Virus record (IMG/VR): IMGVR_UViG_3300036825_000156
Span: 1-32,698 of that record
Direction: 5' to 3' (one strand)
Length of the DNA stretch: 32,698 nucleotides
Source: a virus
Lineage: Duplodnaviria; Caudoviricetes
Under the pieces are notes generated by a model. That model was not told the DNA's origin. It saw nothing but the letters and a program-made list of their open reading frames with translations, and made no database searches. A program made the translations under genes and the position numbers. Positions 17,216 to 27,148 of the stretch are shown here, in pieces (the first letter of the stretch is position 1; each line of letters opens with the position of its first letter).

Positions 17216-17757
17216 TGGGTATACAGGTTGAGGTGTTAGGCGCTGAAAAGCTGGCTGATATCCAGAAAGCACTGGAGCGCCTGGCAGATGGCGGTTTACG
17301 TGCTGAGCTGCTGGACAATATCGGTGCGGTGGTTGAATCCCAAACCCGCCGCCGTATTGCCGATGAGAAACAAGCACCAGGTGGACAAGCCTGGCAAGAC
17401 TGGTCTGAAGGCTATGCCAAGACCCGCCATGGAAATCAAAGCCTGTTGCAAGGTGACGGCGACATGCTTGACAGCATTACGTTTATCACCGAGCGAAATC
17501 AGGTGCGTGTGGGTACACCGCTGAAATATCCAGGCATTCACCAGGATGGTTTCACCGGTAGCGTATCCATCGGCGCTCACCAACGGTTGATCCGCCAGGC
17601 ATTTGGCCGGGCGTTGAAACACCCGGTATGGCAAAGCGTGCGTGCCCATAGCCGCATGATGAACATCCCGCAGCGTGAATGGCTTGGTTTGTCGAACAGC
17701 AACAGCAACGAGCTGCTGCACGTCATTGGTGACTTTTGGAAAGAGGTATTGCCGTGA
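17215..17757 (+). CDS. Virion morphogenesis / tail completion protein (Mu gpG, P2 gpS family)
   Basis: IG.VVESQTRRRI..E..APGG..W, L...G.MLDSI, VGTPLKY..IHQ.G, IPQREWLGLS. Confidence 0.9.
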   Translation: MGIQVEVLGAEKLADIQKALERLADGGLRAELLDNIGAVVESQTRRRIADEKQAPGGQAWQDWSEGYAKTRHGNQSLLQGDGDMLDSITFITERNQVRVGTPLKYPGIHQDGFTGSVSIGAHQRLIRQAFGRALKHPVWQSVRAHSRMMNIPQREWLGLSNSNSNELLHVIGDFWKEVLP

Positions 17758-18362
17758 GTGAACGTCCCAGCCTGGTCACCCTAGGTAGCACAGTGTCAGC
17801 CGCTGAGCGGATTGTTAACTGGCTTCAGCCCGTTTTGCAGGGGACTAATCCCGACCAGGTTCGCGTGGTAGAGCGTCATATTGGTCAGTTCAACAGCCCA
17901 GATGAAGTTAAACGACATCTCACTGATCGCGATGGTTCCGTGCGTGTGGCGGCGCTACGTGTACGAGATATCCGTTACGCGGCTGGCGGTACGGTTGGGC
18001 TGGTGACCTGGGTGGCGTATGTGATGGCCACCGATGCCTGGGGATATGGCCGCGATCTGCGTGCCGAGGTGATGGTTGCCAAGCTGGCCCGCCGACTGGC
18101 GACACCTGAAGCGACTAAAGGAATGGGGGCCGAGCGAAAAGCAGAAAGCATTTCCGCCGAGAACATCTATAGCGGAAGCCTGGATGACCTTGGCGTGACC
18201 ATGTGGGCTGTGACCTGGGGCCAAGAATTCAAACTGGATGAAGAAACGGATATCAGCGCGTTGCCTGATTTCCTCCGGCTGGGGATGACAGTGATACCGC
18301 CAGGCGGCGCACCAGTCATTAACGGCGTGATTAACGTGCGAGAGCAGGACAATGAAAATTAA
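17754..18362 (+). CDS. Putative tail terminator (Mu gp37/gpK position)
   Basis: GTGA overlap at 17754 with GAGGT RBS; VERHIGQF...ENIYS..LD..GV.MWAVTW; synteny. Confidence 0.75.
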   Translation: MSERPSLVTLGSTVSAAERIVNWLQPVLQGTNPDQVRVVERHIGQFNSPDEVKRHLTDRDGSVRVAALRVRDIRYAAGGTVGLVTWVAYVMATDAWGYGRDLRAEVMVAKLARRLATPEATKGMGAERKAESISAENIYSGSLDDLGVTMWAVTWGQEFKLDEETDISALPDFLRLGMTVIPPGGAPVINGVINVREQDNEN

Positions 18363-18567
18363 AGTGATTAAACCCAAATCGGAGACGGTACAGGTGCGTA
18401 AGCCCGATGGCACGTTATTGGCCTCCGAGGGGGAAACCGTGCCGCTGTCGGCCTTCTGGCTGCGCCGAATTGCTGAAGGTGACCTGGAGGTGAGCGAAAT
18501 CCTGGTGCCAAAAACTGAGCTGGTTGATGTAGCGCCAGCCATTAAACCAACCAAAGCGGAGAAGTAA
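18352..18567 (+). CDS. DUF2635 / Mu gp38-like protein
   Basis: KP.....VRKPDG..L..EGETV..SAFWLRRIAEGDL. Confidence 0.9.
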   Translation: MKIKVIKPKSETVQVRKPDGTLLASEGETVPLSAFWLRRIAEGDLEVSEILVPKTELVDVAPAIKPTKAEK

Positions 18568-18570
18568 CTC

Positions 18571-20049
18571 ATGCCGTTAGGATCCATTCCCAATGATATC
18601 CGCGTGCCTCTGGTCTATATCGCAATCGATAATTCCCTGGCACTGGATAGCGCTCCGGCGCAGCAACACAAAATCCTGGTGATTGGCCAGCAGTTGGAAG
18701 CTGGCACCGCCCAGGCCCTTACCCAAAACCGTATCACCAGTGACAGCACCGCCGATCAGCTCTATGGCCGTGGTTCAATGCTGGCGGAAATGCTCAAGGC
18801 ACTGCGCAAAGGCAACAGTTACACCGAAACCTGGGCAATGGGGATTGCTGACCTGGCTGAAGGTGCCGAGGCTCAATCAGAGCTGAAAGTTTCCGGTACC
18901 GCCACTGCGGCAGGTACGTTGGCGTTATTGGTGTGCGGCGTAACTGTTCAGGTCGGCGTCAAAGCCGGTGATACTGCGGCCACTGTGGCCACGGCGGTGA
19001 TTGCTGCGTTTAATGCGAAAACAACTTTGCCAATCACAGCGGCAGTAAAAGCCAACGAAGCGGGCACGATAGTGCTGACGGCCAAGTGGAAAGGTCAAAC
19101 AACCAATGACTTTGACGTGCGCCTGAATTACTACGTTGGTGAACAGACTCCGGCTGGCTTAAGTGTCACCACTGCCCCCTTTACTGGTGGTACCGGCACG
19201 CCAGAAATGGCTGAAGTGGTCGCAGCCCTGGGTGATGAATGGTTTAACCATATCGTCTGCCCATTTAACGATGTGGCCAGTCTGAACAACTTGCGCGATG
19301 AGTTGCTGACCCGCTGGGGGCCACTCAAGATGATTGAGGCCATCGCGTATACCGCTGTTCGTGGTACCCATGCACAAACTGGCACCTGGGGAAGCACCCG
19401 CAATGACTTCCTGATCACCTCTATCGGCACCAATATTGCCCCGCAACCGTCGTATCTGTGGGCTGCAACTTATGGTGGCGTAGCGGCGTTTAACCTGGCT
19501 ATCGACCCAGCGCGTCCACTGCAAACGCTAGCATTACCTGGTCTATTGGCCCCGGCCAAAGAAGTGCGCTGGGATATGGTCGAACGTAACCTGCATCTGT
19601 TCGACGGTGTGGCGACGCACTTTGTGGACGCTGGCGGCAACGTGTGTATCGAACGTGAAATTACGACCTACCGCGTTAACAGTTTTGGCGATGCCGATGT
19701 GTCTTATCTGGATATCACCTCACCGGCAACGCTGGGCCATATCCGCTACGTCATTAAGAACAGGTTCACCAATCGTTACCCACGCCACAAACTGGCTGAT
19801 GATGACGTTCTGGAGACCTTGGCAGCAGGTCAGCCGGTTATCACACCAAAGCTATGCCGCCAGGAACTGCTGGATATCTTCCTGACCGAGTTGGAACCTG
19901 CCGGGCTGGTGGAAGACTTCGATGACTACAAAGACTCGCTGGCTGTTGAGCGTGACACCAATGACCAGAACCGACTCAACTTTGTCGCTCACCCGAACAT
20001 CATCAACCAGCTCCGCGTTCTGGCTGGTCTGATCCAATTCAAGCTCTAA
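18571..20049 (+). CDS. Contractile tail sheath protein (Mu gpL)
   Basis: IPNDIRVPLVYI.IDNS.A, YGRGSMLA.M, DPARPLQTL.L.G, IEREITTY..N..G..D.SYLD, YPRHKLADD. Confidence 0.96.
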   Translation: MPLGSIPNDIRVPLVYIAIDNSLALDSAPAQQHKILVIGQQLEAGTAQALTQNRITSDSTADQLYGRGSMLAEMLKALRKGNSYTETWAMGIADLAEGAEAQSELKVSGTATAAGTLALLVCGVTVQVGVKAGDTAATVATAVIAAFNAKTTLPITAAVKANEAGTIVLTAKWKGQTTNDFDVRLNYYVGEQTPAGLSVTTAPFTGGTGTPEMAEVVAALGDEWFNHIVCPFNDVASLNNLRDELLTRWGPLKMIEAIAYTAVRGTHAQTGTWGSTRNDFLITSIGTNIAPQPSYLWAATYGGVAAFNLAIDPARPLQTLALPGLLAPAKEVRWDMVERNLHLFDGVATHFVDAGGNVCIEREITTYRVNSFGDADVSYLDITSPATLGHIRYVIKNRFTNRYPRHKLADDDVLETLAAGQPVITPKLCRQELLDIFLTELEPAGLVEDFDDYKDSLAVERDTNDQNRLNFVAHPNIINQLRVLAGLIQFKL

Positions 20050-20058
20050 GGGGGCAGC

Positions 20059-20409
20059 ATGATTTTAGGCATGGCAGCCATTCGCGTGAATGGTCGTGAA
20101 GTTAAAACAGAGGGTTCCTCCACTCTGAATCCTGGCGGCTACGCCCGCACGATGCACAGTGGCGGCGGGAAGCATTGGGGAACCTCCCGCAAGATGGCCG
20201 CACCATCCATCCAGCTCACCATCGCGGCGGCAGAGGATATGGACGTTATCGAGATCAGCAACTGGGAGAACGTCACGGTGATGTTCGAAGGCGACAATGG
20301 TCTGAGCTACATGATGACCGGCGCAGCCGCAGAAAACCCGGCAGAGCTGAGCGAAGACAATGGCCAGATCAGTGTCACGTTCCTCGGCACCAAATGCGTG
20401 AAGGTATAA
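20059..20409 (+). CDS. Tail tube protein (Mu gpM)
   Basis: 116 aa, beta-rich, directly after the sheath; ILG.A.IRVNG...TLNPGG..R. Confidence 0.88.
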   Translation: MILGMAAIRVNGREVKTEGSSTLNPGGYARTMHSGGGKHWGTSRKMAAPSIQLTIAAAEDMDVIEISNWENVTVMFEGDNGLSYMMTGAAAENPAELSEDNGQISVTFLGTKCVKV

Positions 20410-20412
20410 GCC

Positions 20413-20796
20413 ATGGCCAAAGTCAATTTTGAGTTGAAACATGGCCTGCTCACAGGCAAAGGCACCGACGATGAAACGAAAAACCTCAACGTCGAGCTGC
20501 GTGAGCTGTCCGGCCAGGACATTATCGATTCGCAACTGGCGGCTGAGCGTGTGGTCATAGGCGAGAACGGCAAGGCCGTAGCGTATGTATCCGAAGTCCT
20601 CTATGGCCTGGAACTGCTGCGCCGCCAGGTATCCCAGTTGGGTATTTTGCCTGGGCCGCTGTCACTCAAGCACCTGGGCCAACTTCACCCGGAGGACTTG
20701 GAACTACTCAACCAGAAAGCCGAGAGCCTGGATGAATTAATTCGGGGGATCGCCCAGCGGGGGCGAACTGATGCCGCTGGCGACGGCGTTCAGTAA
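20413..20796 (+). CDS. Tail assembly chaperone (Mu gp41-like)
   Basis: F.LKHGL...V.LREL...DIID...AAE; lies between tube and tape measure; contains CGG GGG CGA. Confidence 0.88.
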   Translation: MAKVNFELKHGLLTGKGTDDETKNLNVELRELSGQDIIDSQLAAERVVIGENGKAVAYVSEVLYGLELLRRQVSQLGILPGPLSLKHLGQLHPEDLELLNQKAESLDELIRGIAQRGRTDAAGDGVQ

Positions 20797-20917
20797 CCTT
20801 TTCGTCAACCTTTCTGCGCGGTTCAGCGTGTCGTACCTGGAACAGTTGCCATTGCGGCAACTGTTCCGCATCACCGAACAACTGAGGAAGCAGCATGGCC
20901 AAGCGCCTCGACACTGA
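20758..20917 (+). CDS. Frameshift extension of the tail chaperone (-2 slip at CGG GGG CGA)
   Basis: The +1 frame is open from 20741 to the TGA at 20915-20917 (...LMPLATAFSNLFVNLSARFSVSYLEQLPLRQLFRITEQLRKQHGQAPRH) and overlaps the tape measure start. Confidence 0.75.
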
Positions 20918-22772
20918 AATTATCATCAATCTGGCGGGCAATCTTACGGCCAAGGCCCGCCAGTATGGTGCCAACATGACTGATTTTGCCCGTCGTAACG
21001 AACGGGCCATGTCAGTGGTCAAGGCAACCACAGCAGCGGCTGGGCGCGGGCTGGACAGTCTTGGCAATCGATATACTACAGCTATAGCGGGCTTTGCCGG
21101 TGGCGCGATTTTACGTAATTACGCCACCGTCGATCGCCGGCTAACTCGCCTGGGAATTTCAGCCGACAAAACACGCTCGGAGATGGGCGCTATCTTCAAC
21201 GACGTCCAGGATGTGTCTATTGCGTTCAAAGTAGACAGCAGTGAAGTCGTCGCCGCACTGGAGGAAATCAACGCCCGCACAGGTGATATGGAGTTTGGGC
21301 TAAAAAACCTGAAAGGATTGGCGGCAACCATCGCCGGTACCGGTAGTTCCGGGGCGTCTATCGGCGGGCTGTTTGCCGAGTTCAAAAAGTATGGCATCAC
21401 CGACGGTAAGAACGGCTTTCTGGCTATGGATGTGTTGAACAAGCTGGGCAAGGAAGGTGCGTTTGAGTTGAAAGACCTGGCAGAAAAAGCCACACCAGCC
21501 CTGTCGCTCTATGCGGCGGCTGGTGGTGTTGGTGTTAAGGGCATCAAAGATGTTGGCGTGTTGTTGGAATCTGCGATCGGGGCCACCGGGAACCGCGACA
21601 CAGCCGCCACACTGGTGGAAAACTTCATCCGTGAGATTCAGAACCCCAAGGTAGTAAAAAATCTTAAATACAAAGGTGTAAACGTCAAAGATAGCGCAGG
21701 AAGATTACGGCCATTGCCGGAGCTACTTGACGAGATAGCCAGGAAATCTAAGGCTGGTGGCGCTAAAAAAGGAGGCCAAGGTCAAATTGGTGAGTTGCAA
21801 CAAGTTGGCTTCACCCAGACCAGCCTGGACTTGATCTCTGGCGTATCCAGCAAATCAGGGATGGAAAATTTGCGTCGGTTTATGGGGGTTACTGCTGACG
21901 GTAGCAGCATTGAAGGTGATGCCAAGTATGCAGGGCAAGACTTCACATCCGCAATTCAAAGCCTGACGACCACCGGTGAGAAATTCGCGAATGCCAACCT
22001 GGCCAAACCGGTGCAGGAGCTGGCTGATGCGCTGAACTCCGTAGACCAGTCTACCGTCCAGAACTGGCTGGAAATAGGCAAGAACGTTGCGATTGCTACG
22101 GGCGGTCTGCTGATTGCCCGCAAAGCCTTTAAGATTGGCAAAGGTGCCTATGACTTCCTGAAACCAGGGAAAAAAGGCGTTCCCAAAGACGTGACCGACG
22201 CCTTTGGCTCCGGTGTGATGCCGGTTTATGTCGTCAATATGGGGGCTGGCGGATTAGCAGGCGCTGCCGGGAAAGGTGCGCCAGGTGCTGCGGGGAGCGG
22301 TGCCGCAGCCGCAGGCGCTAGCACGGCATCGAAGGGATTTTGGGGGCTGGCCGGGCGTGCGATTGGCGGTGCGGGCATGGTCTATGGCATGACCGAGTTG
22401 GCTGACTATGGCGCGAAAACCTTGTACGACACAACCGGTGCCGGAGAATGGGCCAAAGGTTCTGCGTTCCGAAATTGGGTTGATGAGTCCGTGGATAAAT
22501 CCGCTTTGCCTGCGCCGGTGTCTGTGGGTTCCGTATGGCAAGAGATCAAGGACTGGATGACTTCTGCACCGGCCTATCAAGACCCATCACCATGGGCATC
22601 ACTTCAGCCACAAAATCAGGGCAGCGCATATCCAATGGTTCCCCAGCAGCTTCAGGGCAACATTGAAGTCACGGTTAAAGATGACCGGGTGCAAGTGAGC
22701 AAGGTCAATGTCAGCACGCCAGGCGTGACAATGAGCGCCAGCAGCGGCGTGCGTAACGTGGAGCAAGATTGA
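20895..22772 (+). CDS. Tape measure protein
   Basis: 625 aa, Ala/Gly-rich and helical; GK.GAFELKDLA and VMPVYVVNM motifs; position after the chaperone. Confidence 0.92.
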   Translation: MAKRLDTEIIINLAGNLTAKARQYGANMTDFARRNERAMSVVKATTAAAGRGLDSLGNRYTTAIAGFAGGAILRNYATVDRRLTRLGISADKTRSEMGAIFNDVQDVSIAFKVDSSEVVAALEEINARTGDMEFGLKNLKGLAATIAGTGSSGASIGGLFAEFKKYGITDGKNGFLAMDVLNKLGKEGAFELKDLAEKATPALSLYAAAGGVGVKGIKDVGVLLESAIGATGNRDTAATLVENFIREIQNPKVVKNLKYKGVNVKDSAGRLRPLPELLDEIARKSKAGGAKKGGQGQIGELQQVGFTQTSLDLISGVSSKSGMENLRRFMGVTADGSSIEGDAKYAGQDFTSAIQSLTTTGEKFANANLAKPVQELADALNSVDQSTVQNWLEIGKNVAIATGGLLIARKAFKIGKGAYDFLKPGKKGVPKDVTDAFGSGVMPVYVVNMGAGGLAGAAGKGAPGAAGSGAAAAGASTASKGFWGLAGRAIGGAGMVYGMTELADYGAKTLYDTTGAGEWAKGSAFRNWVDESVDKSALPAPVSVGSVWQEIKDWMTSAPAYQDPSPWASLQPQNQGSAYPMVPQQLQGNIEVTVKDDRVQVSKVNVSTPGVTMSASSGVRNVEQD

Positions 22773-24025
22773 TGGCCAAGTGGGAAGACTTACATGAAGC
22801 CTCATTCCGTGGGGCAGCATTTTATCTTGAGGACGTCGAAGGCACCAGTGGCCGTCGTGCCATCCCTCATGCCTACCCACGAAAGAACGTAGGGTGGACA
22901 GAAGATAATGGTGCAGAGCTGACCCAGCAGCAAATTAGCGGCATCCTTCTGGGGGCCGATTACCTGGATAAATTGAACAAGCTTCTGGCCGCTCTCAATA
23001 CGCCAGGGCCTGGAGAACTTGTCCACCCGTGGTATGGGGTGCAGCAGGTTCAGGCGGGCAAGGTAACCCACCGCCTGAGTACGCAAGATGGTGGTATTGC
23101 TTACATCAGCTTTGAAGTATTTGAGGCTGGCCAGCAATTGTTTCCTTCCCAGCAGGAAGACACCACCGCCACCACCTTGAGTGCTGCCGACCAGGTTAAA
23201 GAGGCTTTGGCCAATGGTGATTACTTTGCGGCAATAGATGGCCTGGGCAGCATGGTTGATACCTTGCTGGACGATATGCAAGGGCTGGTGGCTAACCTCC
23301 CAACCTTGCCGGATGCACTCAATGAGTGGATGGACAGACTAAACCGATTCAAAGACCTGGCCGGGATTATCGTGGCCAAGCCTGGTGAACTGATCCGAGA
23401 TATCACAGACCTTATCAGCGACATGAAAGACCTTGTGACTGAGCCACCGTGGGCGCTGCGTGTCTATGACCAGCTCCGCGATAAATGGGACGGAGACCGC
23501 GCCGCACAGTCTGCAACCAAATCTTTGGCGGATAATGTGGCGGTGAATGCCTCTACCGGCTTTGCAAGCAGTGTCACACCCACGGCCCTGGTCGATATTA
23601 CCGATGAGATGCGCACTAACATTGATGATTTCAGGTTGTTAGTGGTGACTGCCGCCCTGGTAGCGAAAGCCGAAACCGTAGCTACTGCAACGTTTGAAAC
23701 CAGCCAGGAGGCCCAAAACGCCGGTGATCAACTTGCTGAACTGCTGGGAGATCAAGCCAGCATCGCCGTTGAATCCGGACAACGTGATCTGTGGCGTTCA
23801 CTGCGTGCCTTACGGTTTGCAGTGGTCAACGATGTCCGCATTCGCAGTGTTCAGCTCCCGGAGCTGCGCCGCATATCACCATCTCAAACCACGCCAGTGA
23901 TGTTGTTAGCCTGGCGCGAGTTGGGTAACGCTGAGAAGCGCGATAGCTTGGTATTACGCAATAGGCTGCGTTATCCGGCGTTTATTCTGCCGTCACAAAC
24001 CATTGAGGTGATCGGGAATGAGTGA
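22769..24025 (+). CDS. DNA circularization protein (Mu gpN/gp43)
   Basis: W...L.EASFRGAAF......GRR...H.YP.....W.ED.G; ALNTPGPGELVHPWYG. Confidence 0.93.
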   Translation: MMAKWEDLHEASFRGAAFYLEDVEGTSGRRAIPHAYPRKNVGWTEDNGAELTQQQISGILLGADYLDKLNKLLAALNTPGPGELVHPWYGVQQVQAGKVTHRLSTQDGGIAYISFEVFEAGQQLFPSQQEDTTATTLSAADQVKEALANGDYFAAIDGLGSMVDTLLDDMQGLVANLPTLPDALNEWMDRLNRFKDLAGIIVAKPGELIRDITDLISDMKDLVTEPPWALRVYDQLRDKWDGDRAAQSATKSLADNVAVNASTGFASSVTPTALVDITDEMRTNIDDFRLLVVTAALVAKAETVATATFETSQEAQNAGDQLAELLGDQASIAVESGQRDLWRSLRALRFAVVNDVRIRSVQLPELRRISPSQTTPVMLLAWRELGNAEKRDSLVLRNRLRYPAFILPSQTIEVIGNE

Positions 24026-25109
24026 GGAGCTAACCCTCAACGTTGACGGGAAAATCTGGGGCGGTTGGACAGCAATGACTATTAACCGCAGCCTGGACAG
24101 TATCGCCGGTGAATTTGACCTGGCGGTGACCGCTCAATGGTCACAGGCTGCGCCGCGATCCATCAAGCCAGGCATGGCGTGCATCGTCAATATCGGCCAG
24201 GAACGAACGTTAACGGGCTACATCGATGACTTTATTCCCAGCTACGATGACAGGAACGTGTCATTACGCGTGCTGGGCCGGGATAAGACCGGAGATTTGG
24301 TTGACAGCTCAGTGGTGGATAAATCTGGGCAATGGCGAGGCCAAAAACTGGAGCAAATTGCTGCTGCTATCTGCAAGCCCTACAACATCCAGGTCATCAC
24401 AGAGGCGGACACTGGTGATACCTTCAGCGGCGTCACTCTGGAACAGGGAGAAACCGGGTTTGAACTGCTGGATAGACTGGCCAAACAGCGCGGTGTTTTG
24501 ATGACGTCTGATGCCTGGGGGCGGTTGGTTATCACCCGCGCATCCACTAAACGCGCCAGCGTGGCGCTGGTACTTGGTCAAAACATCCTTGCAGCACGTG
24601 GCCGCTTCAGTTGGCGTGAGCGAGCAAGTCAATACATTGTGAAAGGTTCCGCTGCTGCCGGTGGTTCAACCTGGGATGACCAGCCAGTCAAAGTGATCGG
24701 TGGTCGCCAGGTGGTTATCACGGATGCTGAGATTACGCGCTACCGCCCCAAAATCCTGGTGAACGAGGACAATCTGACCGTAGGCGGAGCCAGTGCTCGT
24801 GGTGAGTGGTACAAGGCCAGTGCTATGGGTGAAGCGAACGCGACGGATATCACTGTGGCTGGTTGGCGTGAGAACGGCGAGACCGGGCCACTCTGGCAGA
24901 CCAATTTACTGGTGCCAATTGATGATCCAATTCAGCAATTGAAGGTGACCTGGCTGATTAAAACCGTGTCGTTTTCACACGATGAAAATGGCCGCATTAC
25001 TGTGTTAACACTGGTGCCACCTGAATCAATGGATATGCCAGCGGAAAAAGCCAAGGGCAAGAAAGGAAAAGGCAAGAAAACAGCCAGCCTGGGGGTTACA
25101 TGGGATTAA
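24018..25109 (+). CDS. Baseplate hub (Mu gpP/gp44)
   Basis: L.VDGK.WGGW....I.RSLD.IAG.F.L; GRDKTGDLVDSS; L.LGQNIL; ITRYRP; LWQTN.LV. Confidence 0.93.
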   Translation: MSEELTLNVDGKIWGGWTAMTINRSLDSIAGEFDLAVTAQWSQAAPRSIKPGMACIVNIGQERTLTGYIDDFIPSYDDRNVSLRVLGRDKTGDLVDSSVVDKSGQWRGQKLEQIAAAICKPYNIQVITEADTGDTFSGVTLEQGETGFELLDRLAKQRGVLMTSDAWGRLVITRASTKRASVALVLGQNILAARGRFSWRERASQYIVKGSAAAGGSTWDDQPVKVIGGRQVVITDAEITRYRPKILVNEDNLTVGGASARGEWYKASAMGEANATDITVAGWRENGETGPLWQTNLLVPIDDPIQQLKVTWLIKTVSFSHDENGRITVLTLVPPESMDMPAEKAKGKKGKGKKTASLGVTWD

Positions 25110-25639
25110 AAACCGAAAATATAGCCCGCTCGATTACCGCCATGAGTCGCCGATTGCGCCTAATGGTAGACCGTGCCGTGGTGCGCATTGTGACTGATAG
25201 CCTGGGACGGCAAAACTTGCAGGTACAAAGCCTGGCAGATGAGACAAATGACGACGTAGAACGGTTCCAGAATTACGGGTTAACGTCCGTACCGCCCGCA
25301 GGCTCTGAGGCCATCGTGATAGCGGTCGGAGGTCGACGTTCTGGACTGGTGGCCATCGCCGTCGAGGACAAGAAATCACGGCCTAAAGGGCTAGACCCCG
25401 GCGATGTTTGCGTGTATCACAGTGAGGGCCATACCATCACCCTCAAGAAAGATGGCGCAATAGAAATAAGAGGGAAAACGGTTAATCTGGTTGCTGAAGA
25501 ATCCTGTGACATTGTGAGTAAACTTATTAATGTCACCGGCCCCACCAACTTCAGTGAAGATATTCAGGTTAAGGGAAAAAGTTTCCTCGACCACATTCAC
25601 AAGGATGGCGACGGTGCTAATACAACAGAGCCGTTATGA
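25100..25639 (+). CDS. Baseplate central spike (Mu gp45)
   Basis: DDVERFQNYGLTSVPP.GSEA; RP.GL.PGDV..YH.EG; C-terminal HIH metal-binding motif. Confidence 0.93.
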   Translation: MGLKTENIARSITAMSRRLRLMVDRAVVRIVTDSLGRQNLQVQSLADETNDDVERFQNYGLTSVPPAGSEAIVIAVGGRRSGLVAIAVEDKKSRPKGLDPGDVCVYHSEGHTITLKKDGAIEIRGKTVNLVAEESCDIVSKLINVTGPTNFSEDIQVKGKSFLDHIHKDGDGANTTEPL

Positions 25640-26085
25640 CCACCAGAATAAATTGGCACCACCCCCAAGGCGGTGATATCGAAGTAACCAACAATGGCCT
25701 CTCGTCTGACGAGGGCCTTGTTACTTTAGTGCTGATTTGTCTTTTCACCGATGCCCGAGCCAAAGAAAGCGACATCATCCCTGATGGGACTGATGACCGT
25801 CGCGGTTGGCCGGGTGATTCCTTCAGCGATGACGAATGGGGTTCACGGTTGTGGCTACTCGAACGCGAGAAGCTCACCGAGTCTGTTCGCCTACTCGTAG
25901 AGAATTACGCCCGATTAGCCATGCAACCGCTAATTAATGCGGGCTATGCAAAAACCGCCCAGGTCACCGCAATTATTCCCCAGCCTAATTGGATTTCGTT
26001 TTCCGTTGTATTAGCTCGCCCAGGAAAATCAGCATTAACCGTAGAAATTAAAAAACGCTGGGAGGCTTTAGAAAATGCCATTTAA
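25636..26085 (+). CDS. Baseplate protein (Mu gp46)
   Basis: L.T.VLICLFTDARA...D.RGWPGD......GSRLWLL.REK. Confidence 0.93.
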   Translation: MTTRINWHHPQGGDIEVTNNGLSSDEGLVTLVLICLFTDARAKESDIIPDGTDDRRGWPGDSFSDDEWGSRLWLLEREKLTESVRLLVENYARLAMQPLINAGYAKTAQVTAIIPQPNWISFSVVLARPGKSALTVEIKKRWEALENAI

Positions 26086-27148
26086 TGTGCCAACTCTTCG
26101 CCAATTAATTAAAACTGGTGAGCAAGATATTGAAATTGAACTGGATGAGAAATTACCGCCCATTGGTGTTGAACGGGCAATCAATACCTCATTCAGTGGC
26201 GCAGTGCGAGACGTCTACGATTATCAGTCTTGGATTGCCGACCAAGTGGTGCCATCTTTGAAATCGGATGACCAGACCATCATCGACACAGCGAACCAGG
26301 AAGGTGTAATCCGCAAAGCCGCGACGTACACCACTGGCAATGCCATTTTCAAAGGCTCCAGCCCGCTACCGCTCAACACGGAAATGCAGTCCCGCACAGG
26401 CTACGGCTTTCACGTCATCAAGAGTGTGAACACGGTGAATAACGTGCAAACCGTGACGGTGCAAGCCGACGACGTTGGCGCAGCGAGCAATCTTGATGCT
26501 GACACCCAATTAACCCTGGTTTCTCCTATTCCTGGGGTGGACAGTACTGGCGTTGTTGACGGCAATGGCCTTAAGGGCGGCACTGATATTGAGCCGATCA
26601 GCGAGCTGCTAGACCGTCTGTTATTCCGCAAACGCAACCCGCCAGTCGGTGGTGCTGTCCACGATTACGTTATTTGGTCGCGGGAAATGGCAGGTGTTAG
26701 CCGCGCTTGGGCGTGGGATTCCTGGCACGGCCCGGCCACCGTTGGCCTGGCATGGGTTTACGATAGCCGTCCCGATATCACACCCACTGCTGCTGACAGG
26801 GCTGCGATGAATGAATATCTGTTCCGCCATGCAGACCCGGCGACGGGTAATTTTGTGGGTAAGCCTGGTGGCATTGAGGTGTGGATCATCTCGCTGACGC
26901 TTAAGCCAATTACACCAGCCATTAAGCTGGTACCGGATTCAGCAGAGACGCGCAGCGCCACGCTGGCCAACCTCAACGCACTGCAAAGAACGCTGTCACC
27001 GGGTTCGACGTTGCTGTTATCAAGCCTGCGCACGGCCATTGGTACAGCAACCGGCGTGACGGATTACACCCTGGATATTAACAGCGACATCACCAGCGCC
27101 AGCGGTGAGCTGATTACCATTGGGGATGTTACATGGCTCACAGCGTAA
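26075..27148 (+). CDS. Baseplate wedge J-like protein (Mu gp47)
   Basis: MPF.VPTL; GGTDIE....L..RLL...RNPP.GGA.HDY..W.....GV.RAW. Confidence 0.93.
   Translation: MPFNVPTLRQLIKTGEQDIEIELDEKLPPIGVERAINTSFSGAVRDVYDYQSWIADQVVPSLKSDDQTIIDTANQEGVIRKAATYTTGNAIFKGSSPLPLNTEMQSRTGYGFHVIKSVNTVNNVQTVTVQADDVGAASNLDADTQLTLVSPIPGVDSTGVVDGNGLKGGTDIEPISELLDRLLFRKRNPPVGGAVHDYVIWSREMAGVSRAWAWDSWHGPATVGLAWVYDSRPDITPTAADRAAMNEYLFRHADPATGNFVGKPGGIEVWIISLTLKPITPAIKLVPDSAETRSATLANLNALQRTLSPGSTLLLSSLRTAIGTATGVTDYTLDINSDITSASGELITIGDVTWLTA

Noticed and set aside
16583-17377. 264-aa minus-strand ORF
   Set aside because: Lies antisense to three well-supported + strand virion genes and has no recognisable motifs; shadow ORF.
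17955-18593. 212-aa minus-strand ORF and the other short antisense ORFs across the prophage
   Set aside because: All overlap conserved + strand genes; no independent RBS or family evidence.
22240-22380. Gly/Ala-rich low-complexity stretch in the tape measure; Lys-rich tail of the hub protein near 25045-25085
   Set aside because: Ordinary features of these protein families, not DNA repeats.
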